From contig RHPI01001737.1 of assembly GCA_009103225.1 (NCBI GenBank), forward strand, positions 802,091 through 866,090: DNA of 64,000 bases. The letters run 5' to 3'. The stretch is from Chlorokybus atmophyticus. Its lineage: Eukaryota; Plantae; Mesostigma and Chlorokybus algae. Positions 1 to 12,470 of the stretch are shown here, in pieces; the first letter of the stretch is position 1; the number at the start of each line of letters is the position of its first letter. A program made the position numbers and the translations under genes. Under the pieces are notes generated by a model. The model did no database searches. It worked only from the letters and a program-made list of their open reading frames with translations, and was not told the DNA's origin.

Positions 1-24
1 CCCCCAAGTATTTGCCTGTTGCAG

Positions 25-1734
25 GGTACCAGCCCTGGATCAGCCTACTCTAATTTGGATCAAGGAGTAGTAGCACAAGGCAGCTCTGGAGGAGCCGATT
101 CTAGGGAAGCAGGGGTAGCGCAAGGCAAAGATAATGCGAAGAGCGGCAACGTGTTCAGCGCCCTCAAGGAGCGTGTGGGGGATGTGGCGTCGAACACTAA
201 GAATCCCAGGGAAGCTGTTGGCAAGGTTGCTAGCGGTGACATTGGCGGTGCTGCCGGCAAGGTTAAGAGTGATATGGAGGCTGCCCCTGGCAGAATAGGC
301 AACGACTTTGGCTTTGGACAGGGCATTTTTGGTGCAGTTGGTGACAAGATCAAGGACTTGGTTTCTCCTGGAAACAATTCTGTGAGTGCTGAACTGTATG
401 TGCAAGCCATGCGGTTGTGGCTGCAACATCATCTGGTTCTAGGTTCGGATGAGGCTGTGTCTGTATTGAAATATATGCCATATACACACGCGGCATATGT
501 TGGGTGCTCTATGATGTCTGGTCTTACGCACTCGCAAGGCACTGACCTTCTTGTGTCCTTGCCTTAGCAGCTGCGTAACACTTCATTCACCCCCGGAAAG
601 GACATGTCCTACTCTGATGCTGCTGATGGCGGCGTGTACAACAAGCTGCTGGGCGCCCAGGATGAGGTCTCAGCGCAGGGCAAGTCCGACAGCTCCATTG
701 GCAACATGCAGAGCACTTTCAGAGAGAAGTCTCGCGAGAACATGGCATCCAGCAGCGGCCCAACTGGGGTGAGGGAGCTGATATGCCTGACTGAAGATAG
801 TGTGTGCGCATGTGGGTGATAATGACGGCACCAACTGCCAGTGACTGTGGCAACATTCACGATGATTCAGCTGTCTACCGCATACGCTTGCGTCGCTGTC
901 AGCTCCTTTTATTCCGTGGAGTAGTGCAAGAGTATAAATACTCACGTTGGAGTGTTTACATCATGACACTGCAGTGCACACCGCATCCCTTTGACTGTGA
1001 CCCTGCCCATTGCAGGGAGGCAGTGATGCTCGGGAAGCAGGCGTTGCACAGGGCAAGGAGGATGCGAAGAGTGGCAATGTGTTCAGCGCCCTTAAGGAGC
1101 GTGTCGGCGATGTGGTCTCTAACCTAGAAAACCCCAAGGAAGCCGTTGGCAAGGCTGCGCAGGGTGATATCGGTGGCGCTGTTGGCAAGGTGAAGAGCGA
1201 TGCTGAGGCTGCACCGGGCAAAGTGGGCAATGATCTCGGCTTCGGGCAAGGCGTCGTTGGTGCACTTGGTGACAAGGTCAAGGACTTGGCCTCTGGCAAC
1301 AACCCGGTAAGTGCCGTGTTCGTGTTGCTGCTGCATGCTACGTGGCAGCTGGCGTAATGCTGTCTCTCCTTGTGTTGTGTCTATGAAGTCCGCCTGTTGT
1401 GTATGCTTTATACTGATAGATCATTGCATGCGCACACTGATATCTTTTGTACTTGCAGCTGCGCAACATGTCTTTCACTCCCGGTAAGGACATCTCCTAT
1501 TCTGATGCTGCCGATGGCGGTGTGTACAACAAGCTGATGGGTGCTAAGGATGAGGTTGCGGCCCAGGGTAAGTCTGACAGCTCCGTTGGTAACATGCAGA
1601 GCACTTTCCGCGAACGCTCTCGCAGTGAGTTTGCATCCAATGTCAGCCCAAAGGAGGTTGTAGGCAACACGTGCAAGTGTGGCGCTGACTGCAACTGCAA
1701 TGACTGCAACTGTGCTGGTTGTGGTTGCAACTAG
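25..1734 (+). CDS. Internally duplicated glycine/lysine-rich hydrophilic (LEA/CsbD-like) protein with a C-terminal metallothionein-like Cys cluster; 5' end lies upstream of the window
   Basis: Four exons joined by phase-0 GT-AG introns: 25-381, about 568/571-768, 1016-1306 and 1459-1734. Exons 1 and 3 are paralogous (KSGNVFSALKERVGDV...EAVGK..GDIGGA.GKVKSD) and exons 2 and 4 are paralogous (SYSDAADGGVYNKL.GA.DEV.AQGKSDSS.GNMQSTFRE). The final codons read TCKCGADCNCNDCNCAGCGCN-stop. Confidence 0.75.
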
Positions 1735-3553
1735 ACAGTTTGCAACTCTACACCAGGCAATTTTGTGTAAGCATAACGGATACATACCTCATGTAGCGCG
1801 AACTGAAGTCCTGTGTTTCTTGTATAGCGCGTTGTAGAGGATATCGTGTGATTGTCAAGTGCTACATTGTGACAGACAATAGGTGAACTGCTTGTCAATA
1901 TTGCTTCAGTGCCAATGTTCGGTGCGGAGGTATTATCGAGAAACTTGCAAAAATAAGTGAAAAGTGGAACATGCGAGAAGTGGGACACTTGCAAGCACTG
2001 TGCCATTAAAATCCCCTTGCAGTAGAGATCCTCACGTTGACAGGTAATGCTTGCGACTTCAAACATGCTGTGTTGTGCGATGGATAATTGTGCTGCAATA
2101 TGCTGACTATATCATTTTGAAGATGACAGCAGTCATGGCATACTGGTCATGCTTGCCTAGCACCCATATTGCCACGCCTGTGGACAAAACCCCCTGTGTT
2201 GTGGTTAGAAGCAAGTTGAATGCTAACTAGCATGACATTAGGTACACATGCTTGCTACTGCTGCATATGCAAATCTATGCAAATCTCCACCTGGTTAATG
2301 ACAATTGTGCAGCAAAGCATGTATATGACAGTACGCCACATGCAGCAGATATTCTCACATCAGAGCCTGCGCATCTAACGCTACAACATTACGTACTTTT
2401 ATTATTACTGTGCAAACGTTGGATAAATGTTGACACGTCTTTTTAAAAAATGCCGTTTGTAATTGCTCGTTTATTGATCCTCTACTATTATTGAACGATG
2501 CTGTAGTGATTCCATCATTGGGGGTGTTTGTTCCACCTAAATAAGTGTTTTACTCATGTGTCTTTATCAATGATGCGGCTACAATGTAAGCTAGCAAAGG
2601 CAGATAACTGTGTACCCCTTACGTTCACCCATAATCCAATCATGTGGTATGCATGTGGCCATCATGAGTCTTCTTCTGTACCACGCACGGCAGAAGTAGT
2701 TAATGTGCTCCACAACTGTCCAGTTTAGAGCTGTTGAGTAGCTGGTGACCTCCAAGTAAACTTAACGGCATCATGTCTGCTTCGGAACATTGCAAACGCG
2801 TGCCATGGTGGTAACAGTGTACTCAGCAGGGCTAACGGATAACCAGCGCAACATGACTTGAGCTGCAAGAAAGTTGTGGAGTGTCGTCCTAGGTAATGTG
2901 TCATGTTTCCAGCAAGGTTCCAGCATCGCGATGCACGCAAGAGCACCACTAAGCACACGCCCACGAGAAATGCAATGTGCATAAGCCACAGCCAAAGCAG
3001 CATGACCCTCGCAGCAACCAGACGCATTACATAAAATACTGGGGAAGAAGGTTAGACTGATACAGTCAACTCAAGACGCTACTGCCACCTGACTCAGGTG
3101 ATCTAGGCATACTCCCAAGGTCTCACACAGTTGTGTCAAACATGTTTGCATAACTGACCATCCAACCACCAGCGAACTTGACGCCTGCTACAAGGTACAT
3201 GTCTCCGCCGCCGCGACTGCCGGTTCCAGTTGCTCAACCACGCACGCTCTGCTTGGACTTGCGTAGCCACTAACTTGCACACCCTCAGCAAGCTCAGACA
3301 GCACTACCCCAAAGCCGCCGCCGCTACAGCAGCAGCGGTTGCAACTACAAATTTTGAACCAAGAAGCGGCGTTTAGAGCTTTGGGTTTTGCTTTCAGCCA
3401 TTAAAGCAGCGAGTTTACACGTTTGATAAGACAGGCTACATTTAGAAGTTTAGGTCTGCGCCTGGGCGGCGGCGGCGGCGGCGTGGTTGTTTACTGTCGT
3501 GTACAGGCAGTGAGGTGGTGTATGTGGTGTTGAGGACTAAAAGGTCGCCTGAA

Positions 3554-6500
3554 ATGGGTAAGAAGCCGAAGAAGAGCCTCAAGAAGTTTGCTGCCAAGGG
3601 GCTGGCCAAGGAGATAGAGGCGCGCAAGCGGCATCAGCTCATCGCTCGCAAGCGCCGGAATCCCCGTGCTGGCAAAGGCGGCGGCGACGAGGATGACGAG
3701 GTGGAGGTGGTCAAGCAGGACAGAGGCAATGCACAAGCGCCCTCCCGAAGTATGTACACATATTCACATTCTCACCAATGCAGTCTCTATTTGCATGCAT
3801 AGCAGCAAATATGTATGCATATTCAGGTTTCGCCAGTCCAGCAGCAGTATCTTGTATGCATGGTAGCAAGCAAGCTGACGCCATTAACTACCTATGATCT
3901 ACATACAGCACAGTGGTTGGGTTGCATTTGCCTCAATCATCTGGCTTTGCTCGTCAGCGTTCAATGCCCATGCATGCAATTCACAAGGAGTCCCTGTTGC
4001 GTTGTAGACAATGCCGGCAAGGCATCGGCAAATGGCGCAGCCACAGGGACAGGAAGGTACGTTTGTCTCCTGCATGCACTATGTATACTTACGTATATTC
4101 TTCATACTAGAAGCCGTAGTTTTGCAAGCTGCATACCACTACCGCTGCCATGCTATGTACAGGCTGGCTGCTCTCGTAAGCCGTTGTTGTTTCTGGCAGA
4201 AAGATTGAGGACTTGAGCATTGACGAGTTTCTGGAGGGGGACTTTTTGGAGGACTTGGGGAGCGATGATGAGGATGAAGCGGCTGCTAGCTCCAGCGACG
4301 AAGAGGTGCATGGACTTAAAGTATTAGTCATTCATGGCTGACCACAGCACAGGGTTGTCTGCATGCACGTATGCCAACCTTGGTCACACACATAAATCCT
4401 TGGAGCAGGGTGCAGAATTACGGACCGGCTCAGGCGATGATGATGAAGGCATGCCGGATGCTCAGCGAGCTGCAGCATCTTCTTCAGGTGCTCATGAGAC
4501 TTGACGCTGGCAACATCATGTGATATGTGGTGTTGCCAGTCTATACAATAACCTGGAAAAGGGATCTATCCAGAGGTTTGCCAGCGTTCTCTTAGCCCGG
4601 TTTGCTGCAGACTCTGAAGACGAGGAGGAGGGTGGCCTGTCGCAGCAGAACAAGCGACTCAAGACGGAAGTAGCACAGCACAAGCAAGAGCTTGAAGCAC
4701 TTCGGAAAAAGGTGCGCACTGACTGTTGACCAAACTTAAGAGGTTATCTGAGCTGAGGCTCGTTACACCTTGTTATGCATAGCGTCATATTGGCGGTTTG
4801 CATGCTGTGTTTGCATGCCGACACTGTTGCTCAAGCTTTCATGCGCAGGATCCTGAGTTTTTCAAGTATTTGGAAGAGCATGATAAGGAGTTGCTCGATT
4901 TTGCCAACGACTCTGATGAAGAGGTACAACGATTGCCACGAATGCAGCCCTGTCCCGCGTGCTTGTATGGTTCGGATGCATCAACATGCGTTCTGTTTGC
5001 AGCCAGAAGCTGCAACTACAGAGGAAGCGGGACCCTCCGCCGATGTCAAGAAGGCTGTGGTGACTACTGCTATGGTGGAGGCATGGGGCAAAGCGGCCAA
5101 GGAGGTCAGTTGGCAGGCTTGGTCGCAGATATGAGCTTCTCGCGTTACTCGCGTCACGGTTCTGAGGTTGCTTGTGTGCGACGCAGACACATGCATTTGG
5201 CGCAACAAAAAACCTGTTGCGGGCCTTTAGAGCAGCGTGCCATTACGGTGAAACATCAAATGACAATGCGGACATAGATTTGACCATCGCTGGCAGCAAT
5301 GTCTTCAACAAAATCAGTAAGCTGTCTTGCTCGCTTACCTACTCATTGCCGCGCACGGTTCGGTGTCGTTATAGATGGCATACATGCCTCCCTTTCTATG
5401 AGTCCTCCTCTGCGTCCGTCCTTGCACGCACAGGGTGGATGGAGACACTCCGCATCCACCCTTTCCCCTTTTCCCTCATCATCTAACAAAGCTGGTTTGC
5501 AGTGTTTTGGACTGAGTGCTCACTGCTTGTTGTTTGTCATGCAGTGTGGCTGGTTTTTGGGGACATTGACAACATATTTAGAGGCATGCTGAGCGATGCG
5601 CAGCAGCAAGGCAATGACAAAAAGAGCAAGAAGCAAGCTTCAGTTGGTCCATTGTCGTTCCGACCACAGGACAGCTCCAGATGGAAGAAAATTGAGCCTC
5701 TTGTGAAATCTTACTTGGGCAACGCCTTGCACTTGCTGGGGCAGGTGAGTTTTGTTCCGTGCTGAGTGGAAGATGCCATCTGCACCAATTCTTGGCACCC
5801 GAGTTTAAGCCCACTGTAACGCGGGCGCAGATGTCTGATAGTAAGATGATTGGCTTTGCGGTGATGAAGCTCAAGCAGTCCATCCCTTTCCTCGGACCAC
5901 TGCCTAAGTTTGCTCGCAAGTACCTGAAGGTAGGCATGCGGCGTGGCCTTATTTGCCCTTGCATCATCTTGTCATTTCCCTGCATGTCGCTGACCATGGT
6001 TTGTAACAGGCCATTCTGCGCTTGTGGAGCACAGACAACACCATGCTGCGGTATCAGGCTTGTTACTTCATCGAACAAATGGCGACTCAGCTGCCAGACT
6101 CTCTGGACACCTGCTTAAAAGGCGTGTATCGCGCATTTTCCTCCAATGCTAAGTTTGTCAACGCAACGTCGCGGCCTGCAATCGACCTCTTGTCGTTGTT
6201 CACCGTGCGCTTGTACATGGTCGACCTCGCTGTCTCGTATCAGCACGCCTTCTCGTTTATTCGCCAACTGGCCATCATGCTGCGCAACGCATTGACACAG
6301 AAGACCAAAGACGCTTACAAGAATGTGTACTGCTGGCAATACATCAACTGTTGCGAGCTTTGGGTCAAGGTAAGGAGTGGACCTGATTTGGGAATGGCTG
6401 ATTGTCATGTTGAGTCATGTAAAATAATTGCTGAGTGCATGTTCAAGTGCAACCCACTGCCTGATTAATGATATGAGTTCTCTATGCAGGTACTGGAGGC

Positions 6501-7962
6501 TGCTGCACCAAGGCAGGTTCTGCAGCCCCTCGTGTACCCGCTGGCGCAGATTATCACCGGTGTGATACGATTGGTGCCCACGCCTCGCTACTTCCCGTTG
6601 CGCTTGAGATGCGTTTCTTTGCTCAACAAACTGTCTGCCTTCTCCCACCAGTTCATCCCAGTTGCACCGCACCTTCTGGAGGTTAGCAGGATGTGCGCCT
6701 GTTGTGCATTATTATGTTGCAAGTGCCGTTGAAGGTGGCTGTGATACAGTGAACTATTGTCGTGTCATCATCAGGTGTTGCAAAGCAGTGACCTCAGCAA
6801 GCCTCCGACGGGAACAGCTTCGCCGTCGCTGGACTTGCAGATGACACTGAAGGTCACAAAGCAAGCAGTTCGGGCGAAGTCGTTCCAAGACCTTTGTGTA
6901 GCAGAAGCGCTGCTGCTGTCAGCAGAGCATTTCTCGCAATGGGCGCTGCATATATCCTTTCCTGAGCTGGCACTGGCTCCACTTGTGCAGGTGTGTTACT
7001 GGTCAAATTTTCATCAAGCGTATCTCGTGTATGCATGCATTGCGTAAACCTCTAATGGGCAGCCTGTCCACCTGGATTTGAGGTTGCTGTGCTTCCAGTG
7101 TAGCACAACTTTCAAACAGTAGTTTCTTGTTGCACTCAATGTGCTTTTTACAAGCTCACATACGGTGTACATGCAGTTGAGGAAGCTTGCCAAGGACTTG
7201 CCAGTGGAGCGGTTCAGGAAGCAGGTGAAGCAACTGGTTGACGGCATGGAAGCCAACATCGTCTTTGTTGGCCAGCGAAGAGATGCTGTGGACTTCAGCC
7301 CGAAGGACGCTGCGGCCATTGCAAACTTCATGTCCGACAAGGCTCCCGCCGACAGCCCTCTCGTGCGATACACAAACACACTGCTTGAGAAAGCCGTCCA
7401 GCTGAGGCAGCAGGCGCGCGCGGGTGAAGTGGTCTTGCGTGAAGGGAAGAGAAAACCACACGCTGACAGCGAAGAAGATGGCGACGATGAACCTACGGCT
7501 GAGGCTGCGTTTAGTGGCAACTGGCTGCCATCAGGCAAACCGGCTGCAAGGCCTGAAGCGCGTGGTGAGGATGACGAAGATGAGTCCAGTGAGGAGGAGA
7601 AGCAACAGAAGCAGCAGAAGAAGAAGGGGACAGAGGGCAAGGATGCTATGCGGGCGGAGTTGCCAGCTGAGACGGACGAAATGCTTCCTGACGATGAGTT
7701 GGAAGAACTCGTGCTTTCTGATGATGAAGATCTCGTGCAAAGCTTGGATGGAGGTGATGATGACGTAGGTGATGACGATGATGGCGATGATGGTGAGGAC
7801 AATCGCCCGAGGCCCAGCCCTGTCAAGGGTGGCAGGGGTAAGGCTGCACGTGGTAAACATGCCAACAAAGCACAGAACAACCTGCACAAGGTGAAAGGGG
7901 GCATCCAGAAGAAGACAAGAAAGCAGTCTTTTGCCAAGAACAAGCAGAGGACTAAGCACTGA
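3554..7962 (+). CDS. NOC2: Nucleolar complex protein 2 homolog (multi-exon)
   Basis: Basic N-terminus MGKKPKKSLKKF; motifs DPEFFKYLEEHDKELLDF, LLRAFRAACHYG, RQLAIMLRNA...YKNVYCWQYINC.ELW and LQPLVYPLAQIITGVIRLVPTPRYFPLRLRC; acidic/basic C-terminal exon 7177-7962. Confidence 0.93.
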
Positions 7963-8980
7963 TGCACATTGCTTGCTGCATATCAACCTGGTGCATAGTT
8001 CTTGCCAACATGTTGCGGTGTGCAGCACTGCGTTTGTGTTAGGCGCCTGGCTATTTGGGGCATGGCATGAACGCCACACATTACAAGTGTGCGCCCGCTG
8101 CTGAGCAGCCATGCAGCACAGTGCGGGGAGCAGTACTTGTTGTAGCTGCTGCTGTGTTGACATCAATGCCTGCTGCACCCCGGCATTGTGCCGCGACAAG
8201 AACCGCTTCCCGCGTCATGCAGTGCCTGATGCTTGCTGCTTGCCGTTGGTTGGACCTCCTTTGCGATACGAGGATTTGTGTCCGCGTCAACTTTGTGCAT
8301 TTTTTGCCTGCCTTTGTTGTCGCTGGCTCGACAACAAAGCCAGCGCCTCTTGCGCTGTTGGTGCTTGCCAACTGCCTTCAATGGAACTGCTACTGCAACC
8401 GCTAGCGGCCTTTTAGGGGGAAAGCGGCGCATCCTGCACTGGCATTATGTCCTGCACTGGCATAATGTCATCCACCGCATAAGAGCGGCGGCAGACAGTT
8501 TGGGGCCCCAAGTTTCTCTCGCTGTTGCACCCAGCATGGTGCAAGATAGATTGTTGTCTGACTGTTTTGCACTGGGCAAGCTCATAGGCATCCGTGACAG
8601 ACTCCATAGCTTTTGCCGATTGGGTCTCATAATAGTCTCAAGTGGTACAAGGTGGTATGTGAGTTACTGGATGGTGACTTCACTTGACATAACTGCTGCG
8701 TCATAACCAGTGCATGTGCACACAACCTACTACCTCTCAGCAATCATTGCAACAAGCTCTAGCGTGTGCACCACATTTCGAGTGTGGGCACTAGGTCCAC
8801 AAAGTGGTACAGCTGGGAGGCGGACGTGTCAAGCACCACACAAGTATATACAGCTACCATGACTGTGGCGCATGAGCATGCAAGCGTATATGCCTTGCAA
8901 GCTAAGGTTTACTGTTGCGTTGCATGTACAGCAGTGTTCGGGCGTTTTCTTAATAACTCTGCATGTGATTTGTCGGCTGT

Positions 8981-11159
8981 TCACTGGAACGGGTCAATGC
9001 GCTGGTCGTGTTCCGTAGCCATTTGCAGCCCGGTGCACAAACATGTCGGGCACATCACCTGCGCACATCATGTTAGCCCAATTGCCAGCCACCCCCAAAA
9101 AGGGGACACATTCACAAGGCAACTTGCCTTGCCAACCCCGCTGCAGTTTGAGCAGCGCTTAGATGCAATCAGCTTCAGGCCAGGCCTTGTGCGCACTGCT
9201 GTGTTTGAACCCACCAATGCCTCCACATCTTCCACATCTGCTGGCACTGTGCCAGCACCAGCGCAAGGCGCGCAAGTCAAGTAACCTGCCAGGAATACAT
9301 CAGTCAAGCTGGAAAACCAAAGACGCTCAACTCTGAAGCCAGTCGGCCACAACTTAATGACCACATTGCGTACCAGTCCCTTCGCAGTAGTGACACCTCT
9401 TGCTTTCATTTGTCTTCACGTTGTTAACTTCGACAACAAGCAGCGTTGAGATAACTCCAACTGCGCCGCCACAGAACGACGCCACAATTGGGTCAACTTG
9501 GCTGGAAGGCACAGTGAAACCAAGGCGTCAGTGTTGGGATGGTGTCAATTGCGTATGCAGCCATGGCAGCAAATTGAAGCTGGACTTCTCCTAATCCACT
9601 GTAGCATCAAAATCACCTTAGCTGTGCAGGCATATGTATGCTGCTAATGAACTCGGCATATGACTGTCCTCCAAGCCCTAGTTTCACTTCCAACTGCCAA
9701 TGCCACATGTGACTGTCACACAATAATGCATTCTTCCTGCAGGTGCCTACGAGTGCACGCGCGTGCGCATATGTGATAGTCTATGGGGCAGTGGCTGTGC
9801 GCGTGAGTAGGCAAGTATGGGCGAGTGTGCAGGTGCATGTGTATGTTGTGCGCGCATGGCGAGGGCAGCACAAGAATCCTTACCATGGGCGCCAGGTAAC
9901 CGCCAAATGCAATGACACAGGTTACAAACGCGAGATAAACCAGATAGTAATCTTTCAGAGTGTTCTCCCGCTGCAGACATACAATAAATTGAGCTCCCAG
10001 CGACAATATCACACTTACTGGCATTGAGTCAGATTGTAGTGCTTGTGGATTATCTTGTGCAAGGTTTATAGCGAAATAAACCGCTGGACGTGGTATAAAG
10101 CTTCCCCGGTAACATGGCTAAGCTTGGCTAAGCTCAGCTTACCAGTGGAGGCAAATATGGCACAACGGAGGGGATCTGTGGCTTGTCCAGCAACTCGGCG
10201 AGGCCTTTGGACTTCAGCTTGATCTGGATTCGCAGTCTCCGAACCTGTGACCACATCACAAGTGTTGCACGCAGCACACAACCCGCATCACACCCTCGCA
10301 TGATGCCCATGCGGATAGACGGGGAGCAACTAGTTATAAGACGCATAATGACCATAAGAAAACTATGTACCTCTTCCATCAGCAAGAAGATCTTGTTGCG
10401 GCGTGCGGCAACATTCAACCGCAAGTCTTCTAGTTCCATCTTTGCGAAATCCTGCACAGTTTCGCGACTTTCTATAATGCAGAAGTTGTCCGCCAGGGCA
10501 ACTGAGTCCAGCGAAGGCCTGAAAAGTGGCGAGCATTGGTCCCCGTCACAATAAATCTGGAGACATATCTGTCATGAAGTCAAGAAGCTAGATGATGCGC
10601 CTGTGAACCCTACATGCCTGTGGCACGACTTGCCATGAGTGGTCACCACCGCAAGAAGTCCATGTCTATACAAGTCGTACAAATGCAAGCAGATGCAGGG
10701 ATCATAACCACTCCACGCGCCACGATGCAGAATGACTGCTGTGCATGCGACACGTGCACTGGCGTTCAGCACGTGTAACCACCTTGCGCATATCCGGTAT
10801 GTACCAGACAGGTAATGCAAGCCAGTACAAACCTGCCTACAAGTACTACCATCACAATGCAAGGCTTACACGCTGCCATTGATGCTGCCAGCGGCGTCAG
10901 TGCCGTTCTCCGCACTCCCGTTTTCCGAGCTGCCAGATGGGCCGACGATGCCATTGCCCCCATTGTTATCCTGCGCAGCACGGCAACCCAGCAACACCCG
11001 CCGCCTGCGCCCAGCGCTAACATGCCGCACCACAAAGCTGGCGCTCCTCCTCCGGCAACCCGCCCCTCCCCGCACCGACCACACTGGCGATGACGGAAAC
11101 GACGTAGAGGCGCAGCATGCAGGCATCACGGACGCCATGCAAGCCATCCTCCCAGCCAT
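8981..11159 (-). CDS. OR: ORANGE protein (plastid DnaJ-type zinc-finger chaperone, phytoene synthase regulator family)
   Basis: Transit-peptide-like first exon (MAGRMACMASV...). Later exons give FCIIESRETVQDFAKMELEDLRLNVAARRNKIFLLMEEVRRLRIQ, LEVKLGLGGQSYAEF, SQVDPIVASFCGGAVGVIS, RCHYCEGTGYLTCAPC, RCSNCSGVGKVMCPTCLCTG..ATEHDQRIDPF-stop (TGA at 8981-8983). Confidence 0.93.
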
Positions 11160-12470
11160 TGCAACGACCACCACCACCACCACAACGACCACCTCCGCCG
11201 CTGCCGCCCACAGCCACCACAGGCTTAATCCTGGGCTTAATTCTACCCGCAAGAAACGAAACCCTAATTCCATCGCCACTGTGCCGACACTCGCTGTCGA
11301 CGCGCGCTGCCAAGCGATTGTCAGCCGTTCCTTCTCGCATACGCCGACGCTACCCGCGGCTGTTGTCCAGTCCGAGTCAGCACTGACGCTGACACACGGG
11401 GGAAAAAGGTGTGACATATTGCCACATAAGCAATGCATTTGCTTGAGAGGCACAACAATGGAGTGGGTGAAAAGGCAGGCAGGCGGGCCGCGGTTGGCGG
11501 ATGCTTCTGTGTGTTTTTAGCACTGTGCTTGTTGGAGCAAGCGACTTGCTGCTGCTGCTGCTAGTTGGTGCGCATTGTGCACTGTGTGTGTGTGATTTGG
11601 TTTTGCATGCCAGTGTGAAAGGTTGTGTTTGGTAGGATTGTGCTGCCTAGGCCTAGCCACACAGCAGCTTACTACTACCTGGTGGTGGTGAGCAACTGCT
11701 TGGTGTCAAGTGTGGGTGAAGTTTTCTTGCTGGTGACGGCTGCAGTTGATGGTCGCCCATCAGTTGAACGACAACTTGAAGTTGTGTGCTGGGTGGTGTT
11801 GAAGATAGAAATCACAGGGTGGACTACAGGACAGCAGCAGGTTGGTGGCTGCTAAGCTCTCCGCAGTCCTTATAACCACCATAACCACCATGCAGCTTGC
11901 TAGTTGGTGTGCCTTGGGTGCGGTTGTCTGTGCGCTGGTGGTAAAGGGATGGTATGCCAGCTGTCAACATGCTGCAGTAACTTGCCACCAGTTTGGGAAG
12001 GATTTTTTGCTTGCTGTGCAAGCCACTTTGCTGCACATGCGTCAGGCAAGCAGCGTCCTTCACTTGTTTACTCAACTTGCAGTTTGGTCTACTGACCCTC
12101 ACAGCGGTTATGGTAAGCTTCTCGCCCTCGTTGTGGCCTGGTTGTACTGTAGACTTTGGGTGGTGTGCTTGCACGCACGTTATGTTGCATGCGTGTTGTA
12201 TCCGTTTTCATACGCAGCTGCAGATCAACGAGGGTCAGGTTGTTGCTCCTTTATGTAATCCTTGTTATGCACTCTTTGCCTGCCCTTCCATTTCTGCTAA
12301 CCTTGTCCGTTGACTCTCTCATTTGTGGACTCTGTCAAGTATCTGCAACTACTGGGTGTTAACTCTTCCCATTTTTTGGTGCGCAGGGTGACGTAGATGC
12401 CAGGTTGTTTAACCCGCAACGACACAACACTGACGACAACACCAATTCCAACATCAGCAGTAGAGGCAGG

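Noticed and set aside
1735-3500. Short ORFs and a GC-rich 5'UTR-like patch (about 3200-3350) divergent from NOC2
   Set aside because: No recognisable product or consistent exon chain; a non-coding transcript cannot be excluded.
7014-7967. 317-aa antisense ORF
   Set aside because: Shadow of the acidic last exon of NOC2.
8111-8416. Cys-rich 101-aa ORF (CAFFACLCCRW) reminiscent of CYSTM or metallothionein
   Set aside because: It lies between two convergent stop codons where 3' UTRs are expected, and TGC/GCT-rich non-coding DNA here routinely gives Cys-rich frames; no splice or family support.
8432-8468. 18-bp tandem duplication TCCTGCACTGGCAT(T/A)ATG
   Set aside because: Ordinary slippage duplication in UTR-like DNA.
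11625-12362. Several 60-140-aa ORFs between ORANGE and the F-box gene
   Set aside because: Hydrophobic, compositionally biased frames in what looks like a long 5' intron ending at the acceptor at 12386.
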